From positions 1 through 28,228 of IMG/VR virus record IMGVR_UViG_3300025875_000768: a stretch of 28,228 bases of DNA. One strand, 5' to 3'. Below are positions 16,881 through 26,167 of the stretch, piece by piece (positions within the stretch are counted from its first letter, which is position 1; the number at the start of each line of letters is the position of its first letter). The DNA is from a virus (Duplodnaviria > Caudoviricetes). Below the pieces are notes generated by a model. The model made no database searches, was not told the origin of the DNA, and worked only from the letters and a program-made list of their open reading frames with translations. A program made the position numbers and the translations under genes.

Positions 16881-19051
16881 TGCCAGATCCAACCATTTCC
16901 GACGTGCTCGCCGGCGTCACCGCCTTGCTCGGCCCCCGCGACCTGACGCAGCGCGAGTTCGCCGACTGGGTCGCCGGTGCGGTTGACGGCGGTCCGGACG
17001 GCGACGGCATTTTCCCGCTGACCGACAGCACCGGCTTTGTCCGCAGCTACCCGTCGATCCCGAAGATCGCCAGCCTGCTCGGCATCGATATCGGCGGCGA
17101 TCCCACAACCGGCGGCGGGACGGACGGGTCGCCGCCGGCGGTGCTGCCGATCCGACTGGTGGGGGCGCTCGGCTTCGACCTGGCAGCGGGCCTGGGCGAG
17201 ACGGTCGCCGAGATTCTGGGCGTGCCGCGCGGGGCCGCGCCGACCGTCACACCGGCCGGCGTTGTTGTCATCGCCGGCGACGAGCATTCGGGCTGGCGGC
17301 TGGTCCGCGGCACGGGCACAGCCGGCACCGGCAGCCTCACGGTAAGCGTCGCGGCGGCCGGCGGCATCAGCGCCGTCGCTGACCTCGCCATCGCAGCCGC
17401 GCCGACGGTGGCATCGGTGCTCGGCACAATCGCAGTCGCGGAGAAGAGCGGCGCGGCACTCGCCGACTACCAGGTGTCGGTGACGCTGCCGTGGAAAGCC
17501 GGCATGGCGGCCGACTTTGCCAACGTCGTCTTCCGCGACCAGCCGAGCGGCGCGGTGCTGGTGCCCTACATCGTCCCGGAGAGCGTCGTTGCCGGCACGA
17601 CCTGCAAGCTGTGGCTCAAGCTGCCGGCGATCGGGGCGAGCGCCACCCGCACGCTGGACTACGGCACCTGTGCCACCACGCTGCCGCGCTCCACCGCGCG
17701 CGGCCGGCGCGTGTTCGACTTCTTCGACGACTTCGAGGTGGGATGGGACCCGTCCTTGTGGGCCGCCCACACCGAGGGCAAGGGCGGCGAGTGGGCCGGC
17801 TATGTCGACCATTGGCGGTTCGTTGCCCCGACGGTGCTGATCTCAGGCGGCAAGTTCAACCAGGGCAGCGTCGGGGACGGCGCTTATTTCTATGGCGGCC
17901 GCGACGACGGTCAAGGCGTGGACGGGCTGATCTTCAAATACAGCTATGCAGGCGTCTACACCGACAGCTTCCCCGGTGTGTCACACAACAACGGCCTGAG
18001 CGTGCGCGCGAACGGCAATATCCTCACCTGCAGCGCTGGCACGGTGGTGACCGGGCTGTCGGGTCAGAGCGTCGTCGCCGAGATCACGCCGCAAGGGAAG
18101 AAGGTCCGCACCTGGGACTTCGGCGACAAGCTCTATTTCGGGGCCGCGCCCAACGGGTGCTACCGCAACGAGATCGCCGGCGGGTTCGAGTTTATCGTCA
18201 TGCAGGGCGCTACCTCACGGCTCGTCGCGCAGATCCTACGCTGCATGGACGATGGCACATGGTCGATCAGCCCCGAGTCCTACGAGCTGAACATCGCCAA
18301 GGTGCCGCAGGTCCGGGGTCAGAACGTCTGGTACCAGGATGGCATTCTCCAGCTGGTCACCGACGACGTGTCGCCGTCGGGCTCCTATTCCGCGGATGCC
18401 TATGGCACGGTCTTGCGCTGGCGGCTGGAGGCGGACGGCACGGGCACACCGATCGACAGCTGGCGGCACCTGCCGGGAGGCGAACGCGAAGCGATCACGT
18501 TCGATGGCACCAACTGGCTGTTCAGCACGCATGCCGGCACGCTCAACCGCCTCGTCATCGACAGCACCCGATCCGGTCGGGTGATGACTGCTGGCGTCGC
18601 CGGCCAGAAGGTAGCCAACCTCGCGCGGGCGGCGTTCGCCGGCTCATACGCCGTGTCCTGGCGGATGGCGACGATCGGTGCGTCTCCGCAATTCGGGCTG
18701 GCCGACAGCTTTACAGCGGAAACCGGCATGGTTGTGCTGGAAGTCCGTGCGTCGACATCCATGTCCAGCCGGCGACAGAACGGCGCGGCCGTCAACGTGA
18801 CGACCTATGCGGCGGCCAACGATGTCGCGAACTATCACACCTATGAGATCCAGAAGCGGCCGACGTCGGCGACGTTCGTGCGCGACGGCGTGACCTTGGC
18901 AACGGAGACGGCAGGGGTGCCCGACATGCCCCTCTATCTCCGCTTCAGCGCCAACGCGCTCGACGGCAGCGGTGGATCATGTGTGCTCGCCTGTGACCAG
19001 GTGTTCGTGCGCAAACTTGCCGGCGCAGAGCCGACGGTCACGGTCAACTGA
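16880..19051 (+). CDS. Tail fibre/receptor-binding protein with DUF2341-like region and beta-rich C-terminal domains
   Basis: TGATG coupling; GGPDGDGIFPLTD N-terminus; DYQV..MAADF..LWLKLP..YG..VFDFFDDFE. Confidence 0.75.
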   Translation: MPDPTISDVLAGVTALLGPRDLTQREFADWVAGAVDGGPDGDGIFPLTDSTGFVRSYPSIPKIASLLGIDIGGDPTTGGGTDGSPPAVLPIRLVGALGFDLAAGLGETVAEILGVPRGAAPTVTPAGVVVIAGDEHSGWRLVRGTGTAGTGSLTVSVAAAGGISAVADLAIAAAPTVASVLGTIAVAEKSGAALADYQVSVTLPWKAGMAADFANVVFRDQPSGAVLVPYIVPESVVAGTTCKLWLKLPAIGASATRTLDYGTCATTLPRSTARGRRVFDFFDDFEVGWDPSLWAAHTEGKGGEWAGYVDHWRFVAPTVLISGGKFNQGSVGDGAYFYGGRDDGQGVDGLIFKYSYAGVYTDSFPGVSHNNGLSVRANGNILTCSAGTVVTGLSGQSVVAEITPQGKKVRTWDFGDKLYFGAAPNGCYRNEIAGGFEFIVMQGATSRLVAQILRCMDDGTWSISPESYELNIAKVPQVRGQNVWYQDGILQLVTDDVSPSGSYSADAYGTVLRWRLEADGTGTPIDSWRHLPGGEREAITFDGTNWLFSTHAGTLNRLVIDSTRSGRVMTAGVAGQKVANLARAAFAGSYAVSWRMATIGASPQFGLADSFTAETGMVVLEVRASTSMSSRRQNGAAVNVTTYAAANDVANYHTYEIQKRPTSATFVRDGVTLATETAGVPDMPLYLRFSANALDGSGGSCVLACDQVFVRKLAGAEPTVTVN

Positions 19052-19095
19052 AGCCGAGGAAGAAGGACCGGCGATGACGACAATCGACCAAGGCT

Positions 19096-19476
19096 ATGGC
19101 TGGTGAGGGCGCTGTGACCGCGCACCTGATCCCGATCCTGCGGCTGCTGGTACTGGTCGGCTGGAGCATGGTCACGCTGTGGGCGGCCCCGGCCTATCGC
19201 CGGGTGGTGTTCGGCCACACCGCCGACGGCGACTTCAAGCAGGTCGCGCTTGCCGTGGTCGGCCTGGCGCTGGTTTATTTCCAATTGAACGCTTTCGGGC
19301 TGCCGCCTCGAACCGATGATGGCACGGCTGCCGGCCTGCTGCTGCTCGCGGTTGGTGCTGGCATCGTCTTCGTGTTCATCCACCTGCCGCGCACGCCCGA
19401 CGGCCATAAGCGCAGCCTCGCGCTCACCTATCTGGCGATCCTGGTCGCCTGCGTTGTCGGAGGCAGCCTTGGATGA
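19096..19476 (+). CDS. Small 4-TM membrane protein (lysis region); start may be GTG 19114
   Basis: Hydrophobic segments; ATGA-coupled to the next gene. Confidence 0.65.
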   Translation: MAGEGAVTAHLIPILRLLVLVGWSMVTLWAAPAYRRVVFGHTADGDFKQVALAVVGLALVYFQLNAFGLPPRTDDGTAAGLLLLAVGAGIVFVFIHLPRTPDGHKRSLALTYLAILVACVVGGSLG

Positions 19477-19979
19477 ACAACTGGCCTTCGTGGGAAACCG
19501 CGCGCCTCGCATGGGAAGGCACGCGCTTCTGGCTGATCATCGCCGTGGGCTCGCTGGTGGGCCTGCTGGGAGCATATGGCCGCGAGCAGCACGAGGGACG
19601 CACGCCCGATCGCAAATGGCTGGTCGGCCGGCTGTGCATCATGCCGTTCCTCGCCATCACGGCGTCGGCGATCACCGATACCATGCACCTGTCGGGGCAG
19701 GTCGCCGCGTTCGTGTCGGCGATCTTCTCCTTGCTGGCCTACGACCTTGTGCGCGTGATCGCGCTGCGGACGCTGAAGAAAGCGGCGGGCGGAGAGATCA
19801 AGCTGCCGAGCGACGCCGCGGTCGAGATCCCCGGCAGCGCGGGTGCGCCAGAGGTGCTGAAGGTGAAGACCACGCCAGGCACGCCGATGCGCGGCGAGTT
19901 GCGGCAAGCGATCCCGTTCGCGCCGGCCGACCCTGACCTGAACCAGCTGCTCGACGGCTTGGGCGAACCCGAAGTCTGA
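19473..19979 (+). CDS. Holin-like membrane protein
   Basis: Three hydrophobic segments directly upstream of the lysozyme. Confidence 0.6.
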   Translation: MNNWPSWETARLAWEGTRFWLIIAVGSLVGLLGAYGREQHEGRTPDRKWLVGRLCIMPFLAITASAITDTMHLSGQVAAFVSAIFSLLAYDLVRVIALRTLKKAAGGEIKLPSDAAVEIPGSAGAPEVLKVKTTPGTPMRGELRQAIPFAPADPDLNQLLDGLGEPEV

Positions 19980-20004
19980 TCCTTCCACATCGACGGAGAA
20001 TACC

Positions 20005-20535
20005 ATGGCTCAGCCTACCGCTGGGACAGCGCCCCCGCGCGCGCCGAACAAACTGACAGCGCTCGCCCTCGCCTGCGGCGTCGGGATGGCCGCGATCTGC
20101 GCGCCGTTCGTGTCGCGCTGGGAGGATGGGCCGAAAGGGCCCGCGCTCGTGCCCTATCGCGACATCGTCGGGGTATGGACGCAATGCTCTGGCGAGACGC
20201 TGGGCGTTACCGCAGCGTCACCGAAGGAGACGCCTGAGGGCTGCGCGATCAAGCTCGACACGCGGCTCGCGGGCTTCGCCAAGGCGGTGGTCACCTGTAC
20301 ACCATCGCTGCGCGGCCATGACCCGCAATGGGCTGCCGCCACCAGCCTCGCCTACAACATCGGCACGGCCGCCTACTGCCGATCGAGCGCCGACCGCGCC
20401 TTCGACGCCGGGAAGTGGAACGCCGCATGCGACGCCTTCCTGCTCTGGAACAAGGCGGGCAGCCGTGTGGTGCGGGGCCTCGTCAATCGCCGCACCGCCG
20501 AGCGCGAGCTCTGCCTCACAGGGAGCCTGATTTGA
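20005..20535 (+). CDS. GH24 phage lysozyme (endolysin), probably SAR type
   Basis: Weakly hydrophobic N-terminus, WE..YRDIVGVWT..G.T catalytic region, S.AYNIG, W..AG..V.GL..RR..E..LC. Confidence 0.92.
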   Translation: MAQPTAGTAPPRAPNKLTALALACGVGMAAICAPFVSRWEDGPKGPALVPYRDIVGVWTQCSGETLGVTAASPKETPEGCAIKLDTRLAGFAKAVVTCTPSLRGHDPQWAAATSLAYNIGTAAYCRSSADRAFDAGKWNAACDAFLLWNKAGSRVVRGLVNRRTAERELCLTGSLI

Positions 20536-20825
20536 TGGATCCATCCGCACCTGCGGCGACCGCCGCGCGCGCGATCGGCGCCGCGCTGTTCCGCCACGTC
20601 CTGACCGCCGCCGGGACCGCGCTCGTCGCCCACGGCTTCGTCGACCAGGACACCGCCACCAGCGCCGTTGGTCCGATCGCTGAGCAACTGCTCGGGCTCA
20701 CCGTCACCATTGGCGCCGCCAGCTGGTCCGCCCTTCGCGCGCGCCTGTCGCACACACGCTGGGCGGACGCCTGGCACGCGCTGACCGCGCCCGCTCCCGA
20801 AGTTCAACAAGGAGAACACCCATGA
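20535..20825 (+). CDS. Small putative holin (Pam3-gp28-like)
   Basis: RHVLTAAGTALVAHG..G....IG...WS; TGATG coupling. Confidence 0.65.
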   Translation: MDPSAPAATAARAIGAALFRHVLTAAGTALVAHGFVDQDTATSAVGPIAEQLLGLTVTIGAASWSALRARLSHTRWADAWHALTAPAPEVQQGEHP

Positions 20826-21184
20826 AGATTTTTGGCCTCCACATTCTCACCGCCGCCCAGCTCGCCGCAGTGAAGCAGTTCGCGACCAACGAGTTCGACC
20901 AGGCGGTCGCGGCCGCCAAGTCGACCGAGATCGGCAAGGCGGCCGCGGCCGCGGTGCAGGCGGTCGAGCAGCCGGGCGCCACCGGCGAGCAGAAGATGGT
21001 CGGCGCCATCGCCGCCGTTGCGCCGGTGGTGCTGTCCTATGCCGCCAAGGGCGGGTTCGCCGGCGTGGTCGCCGATGCCGAGCAGTTCGCGCGCGCCGTG
21101 ATCGAAACGACGCTTGCCGATCTGAAGCAGACCAAGGCGCTGTCGATCGCGGCCGTGATCCTCAAGCTGCTCGGCATCAAGTGA
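20822..21184 (+). CDS. Hypothetical Ala-rich phage protein
   Basis: AAGGAG SD, high-GC3 codon usage, coupled. Confidence 0.75.
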   Translation: MKIFGLHILTAAQLAAVKQFATNEFDQAVAAAKSTEIGKAAAAAVQAVEQPGATGEQKMVGAIAAVAPVVLSYAAKGGFAGVVADAEQFARAVIETTLADLKQTKALSIAAVILKLLGIK

Positions 21185-21438
21185 CCCTCTCCGGCCGCGT
21201 CTACGATATCTGGCGCGGCCGGACCAAGGATGGCCACGCGGCGCTCGGCGTCGAGATCGACGTGCTCGACAAGAAGCGATGCTTCTGGGTGCCGTATGAC
21301 GGCACCGGGCCCGAGCCCGTCCAACGCGGCGACCAGGTCAGCGCCGGGCCGCACCATTACACCGTCAACGGCAGCGAGGAGCGCCGCAAGCTCGGCTGGC
21401 TGTTCGATCGCACCGATCCCGCTCTCTACACCGGATAG
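21181..21438 (+). CDS. Hypothetical phage protein
   Basis: GTGA coupling, normal codon usage. Confidence 0.65.
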   Translation: MTLSGRVYDIWRGRTKDGHAALGVEIDVLDKKRCFWVPYDGTGPEPVQRGDQVSAGPHHYTVNGSEERRKLGWLFDRTDPALYTG

Positions 21439-21450
21439 GAAGTCCCCGCC

Positions 21451-21819
21451 ATGAAGAGCATCGTTCTGCGGGTGGGCGCCATTGCGCTCGTCCTGCTGGC
21501 CTGCGCCTATGCGGGCGCGGATCCTGCGCTAGCGCAGCGTGACCAATATGGCACCTATGCCATGCAGTCAGACACGGTGAATGCGCCCTGCCGGCGCTGG
21601 TCCGCCATCGTGCCCAGCGACAGCACCGACCTCGCCGAGCTACCCAAGGCGGTGTACGTCGGCGGCGGCGGCGACCTCACCATGATCGGCGTCGACGCGC
21701 CGGCTGAAGCATCGGGCGTCGCCTGGAGCAACGTCCCCTCCGCCTCGATCCTGCCGGTCAGGCCGCGGCGCGTGCTCGCCACTGGCACGACGGCGACCCT
21801 GATCGTGGGCTGCTACTGA
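21451..21819 (+). CDS. Head-spike base protein (RcGTA Rcc01079-like) with a signal-peptide-like N-terminus
   Basis: AIVPSDSTDL..PKAVYVGGGGDL..V...NVP...ILPVRPRRVLATGTTA..IV. Confidence 0.8.
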   Translation: MKSIVLRVGAIALVLLACAYAGADPALAQRDQYGTYAMQSDTVNAPCRRWSAIVPSDSTDLAELPKAVYVGGGGDLTMIGVDAPAEASGVAWSNVPSASILPVRPRRVLATGTTATLIVGCY

Positions 21820-21965
21820 TGGGCCTGCATGGGCTCGGCCTAGCCCTGGGCAGGCGCATCGCGGTCCATATCGGCCTCGCCTCCGGCGCGAAGCCGCGGC
21901 CGCCCGCGACTTGGGACGACACCACCACCTGGAATGACAACCTCGCTTGGAGCGATGCCGCATGA
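21819..21965 (+). CDS. 48-aa putative head-spike adaptor (GLGL N-terminus plus WxD repeats)
   Basis: MGLHGLGLALGRRIAVHIGLASGAKPRPPATWDDTTTWNDNLAWSDAA*; TGATG and ATGA coupling on both sides; absent from the ORF track. Confidence 0.7.
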   Translation: MGLHGLGLALGRRIAVHIGLASGAKPRPPATWDDTTTWNDNLAWSDAA

Positions 21966-23284
21966 CCGTGCTCACCACCATCCCCAACGGAGCGTCCAAC
22001 AAGGACATCCGCGAGACCCTGAACTCCGTGTTGGCGCGCATCCTCGCCCTGGAAGCCGGCGGGAGTTCCACACCGACCCCCACGCCGACCCCCACACCGG
22101 TTCTCACCGTCTCCGTCGCCGGGATCGGTGACAGCGTCATGGCTGGCGAGAAAGCGGACGGTCACACGGCGATCGGCGGCATGAGCCTGGGCAGCGGTGT
22201 GACCGTCCTGAACACCGGCGTCTCGGGGGAGCCACTGACCACGAGCCTTGACCGGGTTTACTGGGGCAGTGTCGCTGCGGCGCGATCGACCACAACGACG
22301 GCCATCGCGATCGTTCAGGGTGGCACCAACGACCTGGCGGACAATGGCGGCAGCCTGTCGGCGGACCGCCTGTACGCCGGTGCCACGACGCCGGTCGTCG
22401 CCGCGCTCAAGGCGCAGGGTTTTTATGTCATCGTGGCGACGCTGCTGCCTCGCAAAGCGGGCGTGTTTGGCTGGTCGGCTGCGCAGGAGGCGCAGCGCCT
22501 CTCGTACAACGGCAAGGTGCGCGCGAACGGGGCGGGAGCCGATTACGTCATGGACTTGGCCGGGCATGCCACAATGGGCGATGCGGCCGATCCCACGAGC
22601 AACATGGCGCTGTACGCCGATGGCGTTCACCCGACCGCCGCGGGACAGGATGCGCTGGCGCCGACCTATGCCGCAGCGGTCAGGGCCGTGGCGCAGGCGC
22701 ATCCGACGTTGCGGCCTTATGGTGTCGAGGCGGGCAATAATCTTCGTTTTGGCAGCTTGGCCAACATGGCTGAAACGGGAGACGCGGCAACGGGCTGGAC
22801 ATATTCCGCGACGGCCGACACCGGATATGGCCCGACCGCTGGGCGGGGCTTGGGAGCGGTCAGTCTGGCAGCCGGAGCGGTCGGATGGATCGAGATGGTT
22901 GCACCCGCGGTCGCTGCGACAGGGCCTATCCTCGGCCTGCAGACGAGCGCGACCTTTGCCAACTACGATACGATCAACTTCGGCGTTTACATCGACGGAG
23001 GTTACAACGGCGAAGGTGCGCCATTCGACGGCGGCCCGACGATCCTCTCTGCTGGCGCTCCGACTACGCGAAACGGCGCCGCTTTCGCGATCACGGCTGG
23101 CGACAAACTCCGGCTCCGCAGGGCCGAAACCGGAATGTACGCCGAAGCATCACACGATGGCGCGATCTGGACGCGAGTGCACAGCTTCGCGGGTGTTGGC
23201 TCGCCCCTGTATGCGGTCGCAATGTCGCCCAGTTCCGCGGCGACGGCGCGCGTGCTGAAGCCGAGGTTCGCGGTGCCGGCCTGA
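21962..23284 (+). CDS. SGNH/GDSL hydrolase (probable polysaccharide O-acetyl esterase) with PT linker and C-terminal beta domain
   Basis: GDS, NTGVSG, GGTND, DGVHP blocks; TPTPTPTPTP linker. Confidence 0.88.
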   Translation: MTVLTTIPNGASNKDIRETLNSVLARILALEAGGSSTPTPTPTPTPVLTVSVAGIGDSVMAGEKADGHTAIGGMSLGSGVTVLNTGVSGEPLTTSLDRVYWGSVAAARSTTTTAIAIVQGGTNDLADNGGSLSADRLYAGATTPVVAALKAQGFYVIVATLLPRKAGVFGWSAAQEAQRLSYNGKVRANGAGADYVMDLAGHATMGDAADPTSNMALYADGVHPTAAGQDALAPTYAAAVRAVAQAHPTLRPYGVEAGNNLRFGSLANMAETGDAATGWTYSATADTGYGPTAGRGLGAVSLAAGAVGWIEMVAPAVAATGPILGLQTSATFANYDTINFGVYIDGGYNGEGAPFDGGPTILSAGAPTTRNGAAFAITAGDKLRLRRAETGMYAEASHDGAIWTRVHSFAGVGSPLYAVAMSPSSAATARVLKPRFAVPA

Positions 23285-23294
23285 GAATGACGGC

Positions 23295-23322
23295 TTGCCT
23301 GTCGCTAGGGGCCCCGTATATC
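23295..23322 (+). promoter_or_regulatory. Putative sigma70 promoter for the acyltransferase gene
   Basis: TTGCCT-N16-TATATC just before ATG 23330 with no SD, suggesting a leaderless moron transcript. Confidence 0.4.
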
Positions 23323-23329
23323 CGCCTCC

Positions 23330-24412
23330 ATGCCAGCCTCTGCCACGCCGTTTAGCAGTCGCCCCAAGCACTTTCTCGAGCTGGACGGACTTCGCGGGAT
23401 CGCCGCCCTGTCCGTGGCTCTTTTTCACCAGCGCGCATGGTTCGGAGGCGATACCTTCTTCGGCCACGGTTACCTGGCGGTAGACTTCTTCTTCATGCTG
23501 AGCGGGTTCGTGCTCGCCTATGCCTACGAGGAGCGGTTGAGGCAGCCTGGCGCCTTCTGGCCGTACGTCCGCGACAGGATTGTGCGCCTGTACCCGATGC
23601 TTGCCATGGGAGCCTTGGTGGGGGCCGTGGCGGTCAGCACCGGTCCTGATAAGGTCGCGCGATCGGCGGCGGACCTCGGCGCGCTCACCCTGCTGAACGG
23701 CCTGGCGCTGCCGGCGTTGTGGCTCGCACTGCCCTTTCCAATTAACGGTGCCGTCTGGTCGCTGTTCTTCGAGATCATAGCCAATCTCGGCTTCGGGCTA
23801 GTAGGTCCATACCTAAGCGACCGGCGCCTTCGCATTTTCATCGTCGCGTCCGCACTCTGCATGCTGACTCTAAATCACCACTACCACATGTTCGGCTTCG
23901 GGTGGGCGAGGGATACGATGCCGGCCGGGCTAGTCCGCGTGAGCGTCAGCTTCGCCATCGGCGTCGCCCTATGCGATCTGCACGGGCGTGGCATCCTCGC
24001 CGACGGCGGCAGACGATGGTGGGTCGCGCCCGTGCTCGTGGCTACGTTCGCCTCGTTGCGGCTGTCGAGCTCCTTGTCGGTTGTCTACGATCCGCTGGTC
24101 GTCTTCCTCGTTTACCCGGTCCTGATCCTAGCGGGCGCTGGCAGTGCTGAACTGATGCCGCGCTTTGCTCGCCTCATGGGGGACATATCCTATCCCTTCT
24201 ACCTCCTGCATGTGCCCGCGTTCAGCCTGCTCCAGCTCGGGGTTATCAAGGCCGGATTGACCATCACGCCGGGCTTGGTGCTTCTAAACTTCGTCCTGAC
24301 GGTCGCGGCGACATGGCTGGTTCTCACGATCTACGACAAGCCCGTCCGCTCCGCATTGCGAGCGAGGATCGGCAGTCGGTCACATCGGTCCGAGACAGCT
24401 CAACAGGCGTAG
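23330..24412 (+). CDS. Acyltransferase-3 (OafA-like) membrane O-acyltransferase
   Basis: LDGLRGIAA..V..FH, GYLAVDFFFMLSGFV, RIVRLYP, WSLFFE, GDISYPFYLLH. Confidence 0.92.
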   Translation: MPASATPFSSRPKHFLELDGLRGIAALSVALFHQRAWFGGDTFFGHGYLAVDFFFMLSGFVLAYAYEERLRQPGAFWPYVRDRIVRLYPMLAMGALVGAVAVSTGPDKVARSAADLGALTLLNGLALPALWLALPFPINGAVWSLFFEIIANLGFGLVGPYLSDRRLRIFIVASALCMLTLNHHYHMFGFGWARDTMPAGLVRVSVSFAIGVALCDLHGRGILADGGRRWWVAPVLVATFASLRLSSSLSVVYDPLVVFLVYPVLILAGAGSAELMPRFARLMGDISYPFYLLHVPAFSLLQLGVIKAGLTITPGLVLLNFVLTVAATWLVLTIYDKPVRSALRARIGSRSHRSETAQQA

Positions 24413-24489
24413 CTGGAGCATCGCGGCACGGTGTCCTCCGTGTCCGTGTCCGCCCGAGACATTTGCACATCACCAGAGAAGGAATGGCC

Positions 24490-26163
24490 ATGAGCACTTC
24501 GTGCCAGGTGGGGATGAACCTCGCCGCCAATACCTACTACGCCACCGAGTTTCCCTTCATCGACCGCATGAAGGCGTCCGGAGGCTGGGTGGTCAACGGC
24601 GCGACCGAGCCGCTTGAGGAGACGCCCGATGGCTATCCGGTGCGCATGCCGGCGGGCGCGACCAGCGCGTACACGATGATCGGCATGGACCCGACGCCGG
24701 CCGACTATGTGCTGCTCTACGAGGGGCCAGGCGCGCCATACATGCAGGGTGCGGCATTCGGCGCCCAATCGCCGGGCCGGGTCGCGTTCCACCATGACGG
24801 CGGACAGATGATGCTGGCGATCGGCGGCGCGGGCTACCGCAACATGCGTGTCTGTCGCGCCGAGCACGAGGCGCTGCTCTCGGCTGGCGAGATCTTCAAC
24901 CCGGCGTTCGTGAGCAAGATCGCCGCGTTCGACACGCTGCGATACATGGACTGGATCAACACCAACGCGACCAACGTCACGCGCTGGGCCGATCGCACGC
25001 TCCCGACCTACCGGACCTGGCAGACGTCGGGCGACAGCAGCATGCCGATCGAGGTCATGGTCGCGCTCGCCAACAAGACCCGGACGAACATGTGGCTGAA
25101 CGTGCCGACCAAGGCGGACGACGATTACGTCCGCCAGCTGATGACCTATGTCCGCGAGCGCCTCGACCCGGCGCTGTCGGTGCACCTCGAATACTCGAAC
25201 GAGGTGTGGAACTGGCAGTTCCAGCAGGCCGGCTATGCTCATGTCGAGGCCGCCAAGCTGTGGGGCACCGACGCCAACCACGACGGCCACATCGACCCGC
25301 TCGACCACGCCGAGCAATACGGGCCGGGCTGGGTGACGTGGTACGGCTATCGCGCCGCGCAGGTCGCGTCGGTCGCGCGCGAGGTGATGAAGGATCGGCT
25401 GCACCCAGTCATCGCGACGCAGACCGCCTACCTCGGACTGGAGGGGTTGATCTTCGACGGCGTCACCCGCGCCAACCTCGGCTCTGTCACCGACCTGTTC
25501 GACGATTACGCCGTGACCACCTATTTCGACGGCATGCTGCGCGGCGCGAACGACGCCGACCGGGCCACCATCCTGTCCTGGGCGCGCAATGGCGATGCTG
25601 GCCTGACTGCGGCGTTCGCGGCATTGAAGGATGGCACCGGCCTGACCGCCAAGGATGAGGGGTCGCTTGCCTGGCTGGCCAGCGTCATGGCGGCGCAGGG
25701 TGCCGTCGCCAAGAAGAACGGGTTGAACCTCGTCGCCTATGAAGGCGGCGTCGACCTGACCGGCGGCCAGAAGCAGGGCAGCGAGGTCGTGGCGTTCTAT
25801 CGGCGCGTCCAGGCGAACGCGCGCATGGGCGACATCTACACGCAGATGGTGTCCGATTTCGGCGCGGCCGGCGGCACGCTGCTCAACCCGCTGATCGACG
25901 TGGACGCCGGCTTCTGGGGCCACCTCAAGTCGATCTACGATACGGGGAGCCCGGCATGGGATGCGCTGGTCGCGGCGCAGAAGGCGGCCAAGGGTGATGT
26001 GCCTGTCCCCGCGCCTGTCCCGGCGCCGACGCCTGATCCCGTCCCGACCCCGGCTGTCGACCCCGACGATAAGCCGACCAAGGACGAGATCTACGCCGCG
26101 CTCACTGCGGTGGACAAGGCAACGTCCTATGCACGGGCTCTCGTCAAAGCCTACCGCAAGTAG
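24490..26163 (+). CDS. Putative glycoside hydrolase/glycan-binding protein with Pro-rich linker
   Basis: GMNL..YY..PFID.MK, LRYMDW, WLNVP, LEYSNEVWNW, AYEGG; GAGAAGGA SD; no signal peptide. Confidence 0.75.
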   Translation: MSTSCQVGMNLAANTYYATEFPFIDRMKASGGWVVNGATEPLEETPDGYPVRMPAGATSAYTMIGMDPTPADYVLLYEGPGAPYMQGAAFGAQSPGRVAFHHDGGQMMLAIGGAGYRNMRVCRAEHEALLSAGEIFNPAFVSKIAAFDTLRYMDWINTNATNVTRWADRTLPTYRTWQTSGDSSMPIEVMVALANKTRTNMWLNVPTKADDDYVRQLMTYVRERLDPALSVHLEYSNEVWNWQFQQAGYAHVEAAKLWGTDANHDGHIDPLDHAEQYGPGWVTWYGYRAAQVASVAREVMKDRLHPVIATQTAYLGLEGLIFDGVTRANLGSVTDLFDDYAVTTYFDGMLRGANDADRATILSWARNGDAGLTAAFAALKDGTGLTAKDEGSLAWLASVMAAQGAVAKKNGLNLVAYEGGVDLTGGQKQGSEVVAFYRRVQANARMGDIYTQMVSDFGAAGGTLLNPLIDVDAGFWGHLKSIYDTGSPAWDALVAAQKAAKGDVPVPAPVPAPTPDPVPTPAVDPDDKPTKDEIYAALTAVDKATSYARALVKAYRK

Positions 26164-26167
26164 GTCA

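Noticed and set aside
15090-16892. 600-aa antisense ORF (also 24400..26253, 584..1690, 2150..3292, 17491..18846)
   Set aside because: Shadow ORFs of well-supported genes in high-GC DNA, with no motifs.
22068-22100. Tandem repeat CC(G/C)AC(C/G)
   Set aside because: Simply encodes the Pro-Thr linker; the same applies to the Pro-rich linker near 26000-26055.
23316-23332. GTATATCCGCC as a half core
   Set aside because: Better explained as a -10 element; no left half or arms.
24430-24455. GTGTCC x3 and GGTGTCCTCCG as another core copy
   Set aside because: No GGCGGAG half and no arm motif at the expected distance.
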